A DNA stretch of 64,000 nt from Macrostomum lignano (Eukaryota), in NCBI GenBank assembly GCA_002269645.1, contig NIVC01000528.1, positions 124,001 to 188,000 on the forward strand. Reading direction: 5' to 3'. Below the pieces are notes generated by a model. It searched no databases. It saw only the letters and a program-made list of their open reading frames with translations, and had not been told where the DNA came from. Positions 1-11,955 of this stretch are shown in pieces. Positions within the stretch are counted from its first letter, which is position 1; every line of letters starts with the position of its first letter. Made by a program: the position numbers and the translations under genes.

Positions 1-588
1 CATCTCATCCCACCCTATCTCATCCCACCCCATCTCATCCCACCCTATCTCATCCCACCCCATCTCATCCCACCCTATCTCATCCCACCCCATCTCATCC
101 CACCCTATCTCATCCCACCCCATCTCATCCCACCCTATCTCATCCCACCCCATCTCATCCCACCCTATCTCATCTCACCCCATCTCATCCAACCCCGGGC
201 CATCTCATTCCACGCTATCTCATCCCAGGCCATCTCATCCCACCTCATCTCATCCCACCTCATCTCATCCCACCCTATCTCATCCCACCCCATCTCATCC
301 CACCCTATCTCATCCCACCCTATCTCATCCCACCCCATCTCATCCAACCCCGGGCCATCTCATTCCACGCTATCTCATCCCAGGCCATCTCATCCCACCC
401 CATCTCATCCCACCCCATCTCATCTCACCCCATCTCATCCAACCCCGGGCCATCTCATTCCACGCTATCTCATCCCAGGCCATCTCATCCCACCTCATCT
501 CATCCCACCTCATCTCATCCCACCCTATCTCATCCCACCCCATCTCATCCCACCCTATCTCATCCCACTCCATCTCATCCCACCCCAT
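1..588. repeat. 15-bp minisatellite (CATCTCATCCCACCC / TATCTCATCCCACCC), runs off the window start
   Basis: Direct tandem periodicity; ORFs 165-347 and 370-588 (WDEMG repeats) are artefacts. Confidence 0.95.
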
Positions 589-1230
589 CTTTCCGAGCTT
601 AGCCGAGGTCCCAGACTGCCTTAGGTTGCGATTTCATCCCAATGCAGTTTTCTCTTCCGTTTGCAAAAGCCGTCTGCGTCTCCTCCTCTTCCTTGTCACT
701 CCGGGCTTTCTGCTTCTGCAACAATCGGCAGCGCCGTCGCCTGCTAAAGCAAACTTGCGAAACGGGGGCTGAAACAAGCCCTAACCGGCCGCTCTCCCTA
801 ACCTCCCAACTCAGTACACTGCTGCAAGCATGCCCAGCTGTCACAGCCTCATTTCCCATCTCCCTCTCCACCCCTCAAACCGCCCCCTCCCCAATTTTAT
901 TATCGATCGGTTTCAGCAGCGCGAAACAATGGGGGGGGAGCGCGCAGTGCCGATGCTGAGCCGCCGACCTTGCGCGCGCGTAGCAATTCTGTGAGGCCGT
1001 GTGGGACAGAGCCCGGCTCCTATAGGGAAGCGAAGACAGACGGAGAGGCGGCGTGTCAGACAGACAGTGAGTGTCAAGAGAGACTGAAAGGCATGCAGGC
1101 TGACGGCACCGGCCTTTCTCATTGCGGCCGTCTCAGTGCTGGATGGGGAATTCTGCATGCTTGCAGCTGGTAGGAAAAGCGAGCCACTTTGCACTCTGCC
1201 CTGAAGGCATCCACCGACGTTTTGCGCCAT

Positions 1231-2178
1231 TTGCACAGTTCTTGGCGCCTCTTGCACGGTTCTTGGCGCCCCTTGCACGGTTCTTGGAGCTCCTTGCACG
1301 GTTCTTGGCGCCCCTTGCACGGTTCTTGGAGCTCCTTGCACGGTTCTTGGCGCCTCTTGCACGATTCTTGGCACCCCTTGCACGGTTCTTGGAGCTCCTT
1401 GCACGGTTCTTGGAGCTCCTTGCACGGTTCTTGGCGCCTCTTGCACGATTCTTGGCACCCCTTGCACGGTTCTTGGAGCTCCTTGCACGGTTCTTGGAGC
1501 TCCTTGCACGGTTCTTGGAGCTCCTTGCACGGTTCTTGGCGCCCCTTGCACGGTTCTTGGCGCCCCTGGCAGGGTTCTTGGCGCCCCTTGCACGGTTCTT
1601 GGCGCCCCTGGCAGGGTTCTTGGCGCCCCTGGCAGGGTTCTTGGCGCCTCTTGCACGGTTCTTGGCGCCCCTTGCACGGTTCTTAGCGCCCCTTGCACGG
1701 TTCTTGGAGCTCCTTGCACGGTTCTTGGCGCCCCTTGCACGGTTCTTGGAGCTCCTTGCACGGTTCTTGGCGCCTCTTGCACGATTCTTGGCACCCCTTG
1801 CACGGTTCTTGGAGCTCCTTGCACGGTTCTTGGAGCTCCTTGCACGGTTCTTGGAGCTCCTTGCACGGTTCTTGGCGCCCCTTGCACGGTTCTTGGAGCT
1901 CCTTGCACGGTTCTTGGCGCCTCTTGCACGATTCTTGGCACCCCTTGCACGGTTCTTGGAGCTCCTTGCACGGTTCTTGGAGCTCCTTGCACGGTTCTTG
2001 GAGCTCCTTGCACGGTTCTTGGAGCTCCTTGCACGGTTCTTGGCGCCCCTTGCACGGTTCTTGGCGCCCCTGGCAGGGTTCTTGGCGCCCCTTGCACGGT
2101 TCTTGGCGCCCCTGGCAGGGTTCTTGGCGCCCCTGGCAGGGTTCTTGCCACCCCTTACACAGTTTTTAGCGCCCCTTG
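1231..2178. repeat. 21-bp minisatellite (TTGCACGGTTCTTGGCGCCCC / ...GAGCTCC)
   Basis: Tandem periodicity; unit is a multiple of 3, which explains the long repetitive ORFs on both strands. Confidence 0.95.
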
Positions 2179-5100
2179 CCTGCTTGCTTGTGAATTGCAG
2201 ATCCTTTTCAATGGTAAGAATTACAGTAGTGAGTCGCGAGCTTTTTTTGCGGCTTCAATTTTCTTCTTATCCGTCTCCCCCTTCCCCCTGTCATTCAAGT
2301 CAAGACTGTTCCGCAGCACCTGCTGCTACTCTTTGCTGAGCTAATTTGAAGCATGCATTTTGTTTTTTTGTGACTACGTAATAACAGACTGGAGCTTGAG
2401 GTTGAGCCCGAGTGCCGCTAGAGGGAGGTGCGTTTTACCTGCGTGGCCTAGGCGGCTGCATCAGGTGCCCCCCCCCTATCTCTCATTCTCTCTTCCCTTT
2501 TTTCATTCCTCACTGCTTTGCTCAGATTAGCCTATAGCGAGGTCCTCAGCTTCCCAGCTACCCCCATTGTTCTGCCTCCGTTTCGGCTGCTTCAAGCTGC
2601 TGCTGCGACTGCAGCGGCAGAGTGGAACTGCTTGACTGATTTGAAGGCAGCCGCAACAGCCGGAGTGCTTGCAGCTGGATTGTGAGACTGTCTCCGCATA
2701 GCATTTGCACATTAGGGGGAAAATTGAGCAGGTGCTGACTTGCCACAGTTCTGTCCCTGCTCTGGCCTCTGTTCCTTTCCCTCTCCTCAGCCTCTTGTTC
2801 ACGGGAAACAGGGGAACACGCGGACTGAAGGGAAGGGATGAGACCGACTCATGCAGGCCTCCTAGTCAGCCTACCTCAGCCTCAACTCTGCCTTATTTTT
2901 CTCCATCCCTCTCTCTATTCCATTTCATCCTTTAAAAATGCTTCCCTTTCAATGCCCGGAACACGGGGACTCGCCCACTTTTTCTCTTCACAAAACTCAA
3001 TGACGCGCAGAGCAGGAGGCAGGGAGAGGGAGGGGTTGCAAATATCGATCGATTCCGTCTAGAACCCACCGCCATGCGAGGGCAGCGTAGCGCGCTGAAG
3101 TCGCGCTGTGCCCCGTGTGCTCTGTTGGGACTGCATCCCTGGCAGCGCAATACTGCTTTGACAGTTGTTGCTTTTCAGACTTGGGAAGCTGGATTGTAGC
3201 TCTCCTTCCGCCCCTGTTCTGCAACCAGGTACACTTACCAGCTCAGGTGTCACAGGTGTCGCGAAGTGGGTGCAAACTTATGAAACTTTTAAATCCCAAC
3301 AAATTTCATTATTGTAATCTTGCAATTGTAAAAACAGCAACAACTCAACTCCGAGCTGAAGTGAATGGGTTTTACAAATGATATTATAAGCATTGGAATT
3401 TGTTATGCAGAGCTGATCATTCATGCTTTGTTCAGTTGACGCAGTGCCGAAAGCCTTGCGAATTGGTTTGCGAAACTACAAGTACTAAATCGCGCTGACG
3501 TACATGTATAAGATATTCCATGGGTTTGAGATCGGTATGAGATTAAATTAGGTACAAATCGCTTGCAGTTAAACTGATGCTGGCGAATTTAGAGCGACAA
3601 TATATACTGCCTTTGATCCCATAGACAAAATGACTGCATGGCTACCAAAGCATCAGGCCAAGAAGACTGGCAGTGCTTCCTCCCTAACAGTGCCATTCTC
3701 CATCTGCTCTCACATTCCAGTTCCTATCTCCGCTTTGACAATGGGGGCCTCAGGGAAGGCAAGCCTTCAGAGCAAATAACTGCAGGCGCGGCGCTAAGTG
3801 GGCTGGGCTAGCTGGCGCCTGCACGTTGACATTCAGAGAGGATTTTGAGCGCGCACTACCCCCTACATTGCTCTCCCACGTCCGCGCAGACCTAGTCATC
3901 CTTCTCATCCCCACTCCCCTGCCTTCACTCTCTTTACCTGCGCCAAAAGCCTTGGCCACACCTGGCCTCCCTACCCACTATTGCGTGTGCGATGCCCCGT
4001 TCCCCTTTCCCTCCCTCCCTCCCACGTCATCGCCCCATGGCCTTCGTCCACGCATTGAGAATAGGGGAATTGGAGAACACCTGGACGAGCCTCATTGGCT
4101 GGGGACCCTTCAAAGCAATTCCTCCTCTAAATACTGTATGGGGAGGGTTTGTGCGCGCAGGGGGTCCCAGGCTCCTCTATATAACTAAAGGGAATAATGG
4201 CCCGAGAAGAGAGAGGCTTGTGAGCTGGCCCTGTGTTCACTGGTTGGTGAGTCGCGCTCTAACATTGCTTAGAGTTCACACACGCTCAGAGTTCAGCTCG
4301 GTAAGTAGTTTATCCGGCAACTGCGCCCTTTATCACCCGAACACTGAACCGGGCCTCAATCCAACCTGGAAGACTAGTGATTTGTTGTCCCGATTGTGGG
4401 CGCTCGCTTGCCAGCCATCAGCAGCAGCCTCCTAGGCTGCCGCGTAGTCGAACCGTTGAGCTTGTTGCTCAGGGTTCCAGTGGCGCTGGCAAGCGTGACT
4501 CGCCCGACAACCTATCACTGGCTTCCACGTCTGAGACCTCTGCTCATCGAACTTGCATTGTCTTTTTTTATTCGCTCAGAGCAGTTACAAAGATATTGCC
4601 TGCCATCCGAAACTAGAGTCTGTTTGCTGTATTGCTATAGCCAAAGAAAAAATTTACATGGTTTCAGTTCATTCCCTTGTTTGAATCTTCATAAACGTTG
4701 TGCTGCATCTGAGCTGCATACCCACGCCATGCAGTATTGAAATATACGGAAAGCGAAAATTAATCGCGAATAAACGTGTTTTATGATTTCATGACTTTCA
4801 CAAGCTCTGCCTTCTCTGTTCTTTGCATGCTATAGTCGGGTTTGTGCTTCAGTTGTACGCAGAGCTCGTAAATATGTATAAATTTAACAATCCGAAATGC
4901 TGAATTTCGAGTAAAATACGACATTGTTTTATTTGTATGACTACTGCCAGTAGAATAACAGGAGTTTCGTACCAAGAAATCAAACACAAACATTTTGCAT
5001 GCAAGCAATGTCTCACAAATCGTAGTCTTGGATAGTATATATAGCATGCTTACATTATTAGAAGTTGTAAATGTAGGGACAGTTTGCTGACTGACAGCAA

Positions 5101-5489
5101 GCGAATTTTTATGTGTGTGCAGAAAAAAGGCACATGCAAGGTCACAAGGACAGGGGCGTTGCATACATGGATTTTATGGTGGGGGGACAAGCCAAGAATT
5201 TTACATGTACATGTAAATTACTAAAATCCTACATGTACAATACTTTTCGTTTTATTTCAACGAAAATAAAACGATAAGTAAAAGTAATAATAAGTAAAAG
5301 TTGTAAATACGAGCCTCACAAGTGAACTTTTTGTTTTGTTCCTACTATAATCAATAAAGTATATTGTACAAAAAATGTTGCATACTGGCACTCTTAGCTT
5401 TAAGCAAGGCCTTAGCTTAAAAATGATAGCTTTTCAAAGACTAGGTCAACAAACAATATGAAAAATATGAGCGTAATATTGGTAAGCAT

Positions 5490-7340
5490 TGCTGCCACCC
5501 CTGGTGCTGCGCTGCCACCCCTGGTGCTGCGGCCCCTGGTGCTGCCACCCCTGGTGCTGCCACCCCTGGTGCTGCCACCCCTGGTGCTGCCACCCCTGGT
5601 GCTGCCAACCCTGGTGCTGCCACCCCTGGTGCTGCCACCCCTGGTGCTGCCACCCCTGGTGCTGCGGCCCCTGGTGCTGCGGCCCCTGGTGCTGCCACCC
5701 CTGGTGCTGCGGCCCCTGGTGCTGCGGCCCCTGGTGCTGCCACCCCTGGTGCTGCCACCCCTGGTGCTGCCACCCCTGGTGCTGCGGCCCCTGGTGCTGC
5801 GGCCCCTGGTGCTGCCACCCCTGGTGCTGCGGCTCTAGTGCTGCCACCCCTGGTGCTGCGGCCCCTGGTGCTGCCACCCCTTGGTGCTGCGGCTCTAGTG
5901 CTGCCACCCCTGGTGCTGCGGCTCTAGTGCTGCCACCCCTGGTGCTGCGGCCCCTGGTGCTGCGGCCCCTGGTGCTGCCACCCCTGGTGCTGCGGCCCCT
6001 GGTGCTGCCACCCCTGGTGCTGCGGCCCCTGGTGCTGCCACCCCTGGTGCTGCGGCCCCTGGTGCTGCGGCTCTAGTGCTGCCACCCCTGGTGCTGCTGC
6101 CCTAGTGCTGCCACCTCTGGTGCTGCGGCTCTAGTGCTGCCACCCCTGGTGCTGCGGCCCCTGGTGCTGCGGCTCTAGTGCTGCCACCCCCTGGTGCTGC
6201 GGCCCTAGTGCTGCCACCCCTGGTGCTGCGGCTCTAGTGCTGCCACCCCTGGTGCTGCGGCTCTAGTGCTGCCACCCCTGGTGCTGCGGCTCTAGTGCTG
6301 CGGCTCTAGTGCTGCCACCCCTGGTGCTGCGGCTCTAGTGCTGCCACCCCTGGTGCTGCGGCTCTAGTGCTGCCACCCCTGGTGCTGCGGCCCCTGGTGC
6401 TGCGGCTCTAGTGCTGCCACCCCTGGTGCTGCGGCCCCTGGTGCTGCGGCTCTAGTGCTGCCACCCCTGGTGCTGCTGCCCTAGTGCTGCCACCCCTGGT
6501 GCTGCGGCTCTAGTGCTGCCACCCCTGGTGCTGCGGCTCTAGTGCTGCCACCCCTGGTGCTGCGGCTCTAGTGCTGCGGCTCTAGTGCTGCCACCCCTGG
6601 TGCTGCGGCTCTAGTGCTGCCACCCCTGGTGCTGCGGCTCTAGTGCTGCCACCCCTGGTGCTGCGGCTCTAGTGCTGCCACCCCTGGTGCTGCGGCCCCT
6701 GGTGCTGCGGCTCTAGTGCTGCCACCCCTGGTGCTGCTGCCCTAGTGCTGCCACCCCTGGTGCTGCGGCTCTAGTGCTGCCACCCCTGGTGCTGCGGCTC
6801 TAGTGCTGCCACCCCTGGTGCTGCGGCCCCTGGTGCTGCGGCCCTAGTGCTGCCACCCCTGGTGCTGCGGCTCTAGTGCTGCCACCCCTGGTGCTGCGGC
6901 TCTAGTGCTGCGGCTCTAGTGCTGCCACCCCTGGTGCTGCGGCTCTAGTGCTGCCACCCCTGGTGCTGCGGCTCTAGTGCTGCGGCTCTAGTGCTGCCAC
7001 CCCTGGTGCTGCGGCTCTAGTGCTGCCACCCCTGGTGCTGCGGCTCTAGTGCTGCCACCCCTGGTGCTGCGGCCCCTGGTGCTGCGGCTCTAGTGCTGCC
7101 ACCCCTGGTGCTGCTGCCCTAGTGCTGCCACCCCTGGTGCTGCGGCTCTAGTGCTGCCACCCCTGGTGCTGCGGCTCTAGTGCTGCCACCCCTGGTGCTG
7201 CGGCCCCTGGTGCTGCGGCTCTAGTGCTGCCACCCCCTGGTGCTGCGGCCCTAGTGCTGCCACCCCTGGTGCTGCGGCCCCTGGTGCTGCGGCTCTAGTG
7301 CTGCCACCCCCTGGTGCTGCGGCCCTAGTGCTGCCCCCTG
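5490..7340. repeat. ~15-bp GC-rich minisatellite (CTGGTGCTGCCACCC / CTGGTGCTGCGGCCC / CTAGTGCTGCGGCT variants)
   Basis: Tandem periodicity; CTAG variants accumulate in the right two thirds. Confidence 0.95.
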
Positions 7341-8725
7341 GCGCTGGCGCCCACTTATTGAACAGTCTATTTTGTCGGGAGCTTCAATTTTTCACTTCAT
7401 CTGCTGCCTACTGTCAGTAGAAGGCATGGTTGGTGGCCAAATTAAATTTAAAACACCCCAGACGGCAATTTTATCAATAGTCAGTTTCAAACTTCGCCCA
7501 GTGGACAATGCGTGAGGTTTTGTGTTTCTATATTTTTTGTTAATCATTGATTAAATTTCTTCTCGCAAGCGAAAAGCAAAAAAATATGCCAGCGAAAAAA
7601 TAGGCGAGCCAGTCTGTGAGAAATGGCCGGAAAGCCGGAGCGAATTGCAATTGGATTAGTGCCGTGGCAGCAGCACAGATATTCACAATAATATATGTCA
7701 GTATGCGCAGCAACAACATGCATGCATTGTACAGGTGCTGTATCAGGAGATGGATTTATCAGACAGAAAATAGCTGGGACTGAACAGGGAACTGCTGGTG
7801 ATACGTATTAAATACACATCAGTAAATAACTTCTGGCTGTTACAGTAAGCACTGGGCAATGCAGCTTTCTATTACAGTAAAAATACAAGAGACAGACAAT
7901 GTAGATGCTGATCTGATATCGTTAATTTACACTGATTTATCGTGCACGAGGCTGGCATTGGAGATGTTAAAAAATTCACTAAAAACTAAATTACGAGTAT
8001 CATATAAGCTTACAGTACGCAGAACAAATGGAGCTCATAGCCTGGACTTTATTCATTGATTTTTGAATAAATAAATGGTGCAATAATGGGGTCACTACTC
8101 AGAAATATGCTATGAAACGGATAACAGTGCCAACTGACAACAAGTTCTCAGGCTGGGGGCTGTGCGGGCCATCACTCCGATTGCAACTCGAGCCGGGGCT
8201 CTGCAGGGACCGGCAGAATTTGGAGAAATTCGAAAAATTAATAAAGAAAAACTCGCATTGAACAGGGCGGGGGTCCCGGGCAACTGACAGGCTGGTTTAG
8301 TGCTAATCGCCCGGCGAGACAACTGCTGGGTTGCTATGGCAACAACAATTATTACACACCAATAAGCTTGCTGTAAAAATAGAGGATGTAAGAATGTTAG
8401 CCGAATATAACTGATTAATTATTAATTAATTAATATTAGTATTTGCTATTGGCCTGCCTGAATAAAAACCAACAAACTTGATAGACAGACTGCAAGTGAA
8501 CTTGAATTTAATTTAGTTTTAAGTCCCATTTCAATCTAAAATATTTCATGCCAAACTTGATGCGAGGCCCCAAAGTTCAGAGAAATTTAGTCAATTTATA
8601 AATTGTTAATAAATAAAAATAGTTTGGTAAATACTAATGCATAAACCTCAGGATGTTAAACAAAATAAGAATTTCCATAAGTTCAGAATTCAGTAATTTG
8701 AATTGACAAATAACAACAATATTCG

Positions 8726-9550
8726 CTAGGCGAATGAAAAGCACTCGGGCCCAGTGTTGGCAAAGCCAAAACCGAAGCCGAAAGCAGAAGCCGATGAGGC
8801 AGCGGTGGAGGCTGAGACCACCTGTTGGCGGCAGCTCCAGGCCGACATGGTCAGGTCAACGAACGAAGCTTGCAGGCTGCGCAGCTCCGCAGTCGGGGGA
8901 GTCGCCGAGTCCTCCGGTGCGTCGCCCTCGTCCTCCTCAGATGACAGGCTCTGGCGGGTCCGCTTGGGGCGCGGGCGGGCCGGCTGCTTCCGCTTGCGGG
9001 ACGGCGTCGGCGGCTGCTGCGGCTCCGGCGGCTCATCGAGGTCCTGGATGGAAAGCTCCACGGAGGACAGCACGATGGCGTCTGCGCTGGCACTCAGCGC
9101 GTCGTCCTCGTTGTTGTCGTTGACGCTTTTGACTTCCTCCTCGACTTTACTGACGACGTCAACCGGGCAGTAGCCGAAAGCAGACTGTGGCTCTGCTAGA
9201 GGCAGCTCGGGCTCTTCTGCAACTTGCGACTGCGGCTGCTGGGGCAGTCGGGTTGGTGCACCGCCGCAGTATCCGGTGGGTGGCTGCATCTGCGGTCGGG
9301 TCTCGAGGAACTCCAGGGCTCGTTCGTGCAGAATGCCAGCCCTCGCTTTGCCCATCGCGCTGGCAATAAGCAGGGTTCTGCGTAAGTCGCCCTGCTGCTT
9401 GCGCCGCCGCTGCCCAGTTGAAGTTGTCGTTGAAAGCTTTTCGATAGACCACTGAAGGATTTTGCTGTAGGCCGGACGCTCCTCTTCAGTGTCCGCTGCC
9501 GGGTCGTCAATAAAATGCGAATGTTGCTGCTGTATGCTGCTGCTGTACAT
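8726..9550 (-). CDS. Intronless 274-aa protein with N-terminal SERTA/IER-type motif and low-complexity acidic/Pro-rich C-terminus
   Basis: ATG-to-stop ORF with GC3-rich codons; KILQWSIEKL...DLRRTLLIASAMGKAR resembles the SERTA / IER N-terminal motif; upstream TATA-like, CCAAT, CRE-like and MEF2 sites; TTATTTATT in the 3' UTR. Confidence 0.7.
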   Translation of the reverse strand: MYSSSIQQQHSHFIDDPAADTEEERPAYSKILQWSIEKLSTTTSTGQRRRKQQGDLRRTLLIASAMGKARAGILHERALEFLETRPQMQPPTGYCGGAPTRLPQQPQSQVAEEPELPLAEPQSAFGYCPVDVVSKVEEEVKSVNDNNEDDALSASADAIVLSSVELSIQDLDEPPEPQQPPTPSRKRKQPARPRPKRTRQSLSSEEDEGDAPEDSATPPTAELRSLQASFVDLTMSAWSCRQQVVSASTAASSASAFGFGFGFANTGPECFSFA

Positions 9551-9769
9551 TGCTGCTGACGACTGAGAAATTTACACATGCGATGCCGATGAATTTGTAC
9601 AGGAATTGAAGTTTGAATGAAAGTTGAAGCCGTGTTTTTGCTGTTTTTTTTGTTTTTTTACAAATGACCGGGCGTTAAGCCCTGGGTTTCGCTTCGCCCG
9701 CTGAACGCGCTGGCTTAATGTGTGGGGTTGGGCTTGAGAGAAAGACCGAAGTCGTCAAGCCTTATCTAG

Positions 9770-9885
9770 CTTTATACCCTCACACGCTAATGCTTTCTAG
9801 TGGGGGGGGGCTGTGGGGCAGAGTTTCAGGGTCTCTATTGGCTGTTCTATTTTTAGCCCAGCTGCTCCGCTCTGCTAACGTCAGC
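9770..9885 (-). promoter_or_regulatory. Proximal promoter of the SERTA/IER-like gene: TATAAA (~9772-9777), CCAAT (~9837-9841), MEF2 site CTATTTTTAG (9847-9856), CRE-like TGACGTTA (~9876-9883)
   Basis: Motifs read directly, in sensible order upstream of the ORF. Confidence 0.55.
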
Positions 9886-11659
9886 CCGCGCGGCCTTCTA
9901 TGTTTTTCCCACAGACTGCTGCTGTTAGGCTTGAGTGGGCCAAGGGGGTATGGAGTCTTCGATTTTCTAGCCCGCACGCCCCACCCCTCTCCTCGCGGCC
10001 GGGGGTCCAATGTACATTTACTGCGTACACTTTATTACATATCAGAGGGTAGGATTTCCTCGCTCACAACTGGCAGACGGGCATAAACTGGGGCATAGAA
10101 AACTTCTAAGCCCGGCCCCTCAGCCATCTAAGCAAAACCAGCTCTCGCTTTGGTGTACATTTCACTCAGTAGGAAAGACGACCGCTCCTAGCAACTCGCT
10201 ACACAAAGGCAGGCAACAAACATTCACAGCGTCATCAAGCCTTTTCTATTAAGAGACCCACCCATATGTGCGTCATTATGAACCTTTGGTTTGAGTCTAA
10301 TTATTGGTGGACTAGAGAGCCTGAATCACGGCAATGATGATAATTCTGGCTGGTTGGAACCTGGAATCCTTCACTTCTTCCCCAGCCCCGTCACTAAGAT
10401 AGTTAAGCATTCCAGTATCTCATTATATTCTAGCCAAGCAGAGAAGAGACCAGAACTACATCTTTCTTAGGTAGCTAGTGCCTTCCTAATCTGATGAAAA
10501 ATCGATTAATCACCGCTTGATAAATTTCGAATTCTCGCTGTCCTGTCTGTCCTTAGCATTTTTCTAGGACTTCGGCTTTTGTTACGAGTAGATAAGAATT
10601 ATCGCTCAGGGCTTCGGCTTTGAGTGGGTAACGAACTCAGATCCACCGTAATATTTATTTAGGATAAGCGAAGGATAAGCGACAAAGCAAGGGATCGAAT
10701 TCGCTTAATTCGCTGAATTCAGATTCTTATCTGATTCACTAGTATGGAGTATGAGAATTAAATCTATGCGCGCTCGTACTTGCGTTCGAACTTCGTACTG
10801 CACAGCCAATAGGCATAGAAAATATATACTGTTTAACCGATGGACCAAGGAAGCTCAGTGCTAGTGTACTAAATTATCAGACTCAGCAACTAAATCCGAT
10901 CCATTCGAGCAACCAACCAGGCAAGCAACTCGCGGAAACCTGACCTACATCCCATCCAATTTCTAAGAAAATCTTGTTTCTAAGAAAACCGTTCGACACG
11001 CAAGTCACTTTTTCATATTCTCAAAGGACAAAACCTTTCTGACAACCCCTGATGCCCTTCTTGACACCCTTGAAACCTATATGGAACTGGCTGTGGCATT
11101 CCTGGAAATAACCATAAAGTTATTACTAGAATGGAGAGCAGAAACTTCTTCAGTCAGCGCTTCCGCAATGAGTTTGCGAGTCAAGCTTGCAGTCACACTA
11201 CTACACGGTCCCCAATTCACTGAGGACACATTTCTTGAAATCCACAACCCACAAGCAGTTGCGAGACCATGACGAAAGCTTAGAATGCATTATATTTAGA
11301 ATAAGCAACAACTGCAAGCAGATCGGGTTGGCTTAACGTACAGAACTTGTTATTGCAGCGCCTTTTGCACAGCTCAGCATAATAAGAACTGCAAACTCGG
11401 TACTTGATATCGCTGACTGCGCACTTGTCTGCTTTCCATTCTGCAGAGCCTTACTGTGGAGCTGTCTCGTGAGAAAACAAGTGCCTGCCGCTCCAGGCCA
11501 ACTACTCACTCATTTATCTATAAATACAAATGATTCTTCATCACTTGGGTGGGGTCGTTTTCACAGCCCCAAATTTCAGTCAAGTCGCATGAGGGGAGCC
11601 TTCAAGTCACTTGAAGAGATTTTCTTATGGGCAAAATTCTAAAATAAATATTTACTGTG

Positions 11660-11955
11660 AAGATTTGGGATTGTGAAAATTTGGGATTGTGAAGATTGGT
11701 GATTGTGAAGATTGGGGATTGTGAAGATTGGTGATTGTGAAGATTGGGGATTGTGAAGATTGGTGATTGTGAAGATTTGTTGTGAAGATTGGGAATTGTG
11801 AAGATTGGGGATTGTGAATGTGAAGATTGGGATTGTGAAGATTGGGGATTGTGAAGATTGGGATTGTGAAGATTGGGGATTGTGAAGATTGTTGTGAAGA
11901 TTGGTGATTGTGAAGATTGGGGATTGTGAAGATTGGTGATTGTGAAGATTGGGGA
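11660..11955. repeat. ~16-bp minisatellite (TGTGAAGATTGGGGAT and variants)
   Basis: Tandem periodicity. Confidence 0.9.

Noticed and set aside
913-2339. 400-aa ORFs on both strands
   Set aside because: They are translations of a 21-bp minisatellite whose unit is divisible by 3
10240-11330. LTR-like segment with short internal duplications
   Set aside because: No matching TG…CA termini, PBS, PPT or second copy found
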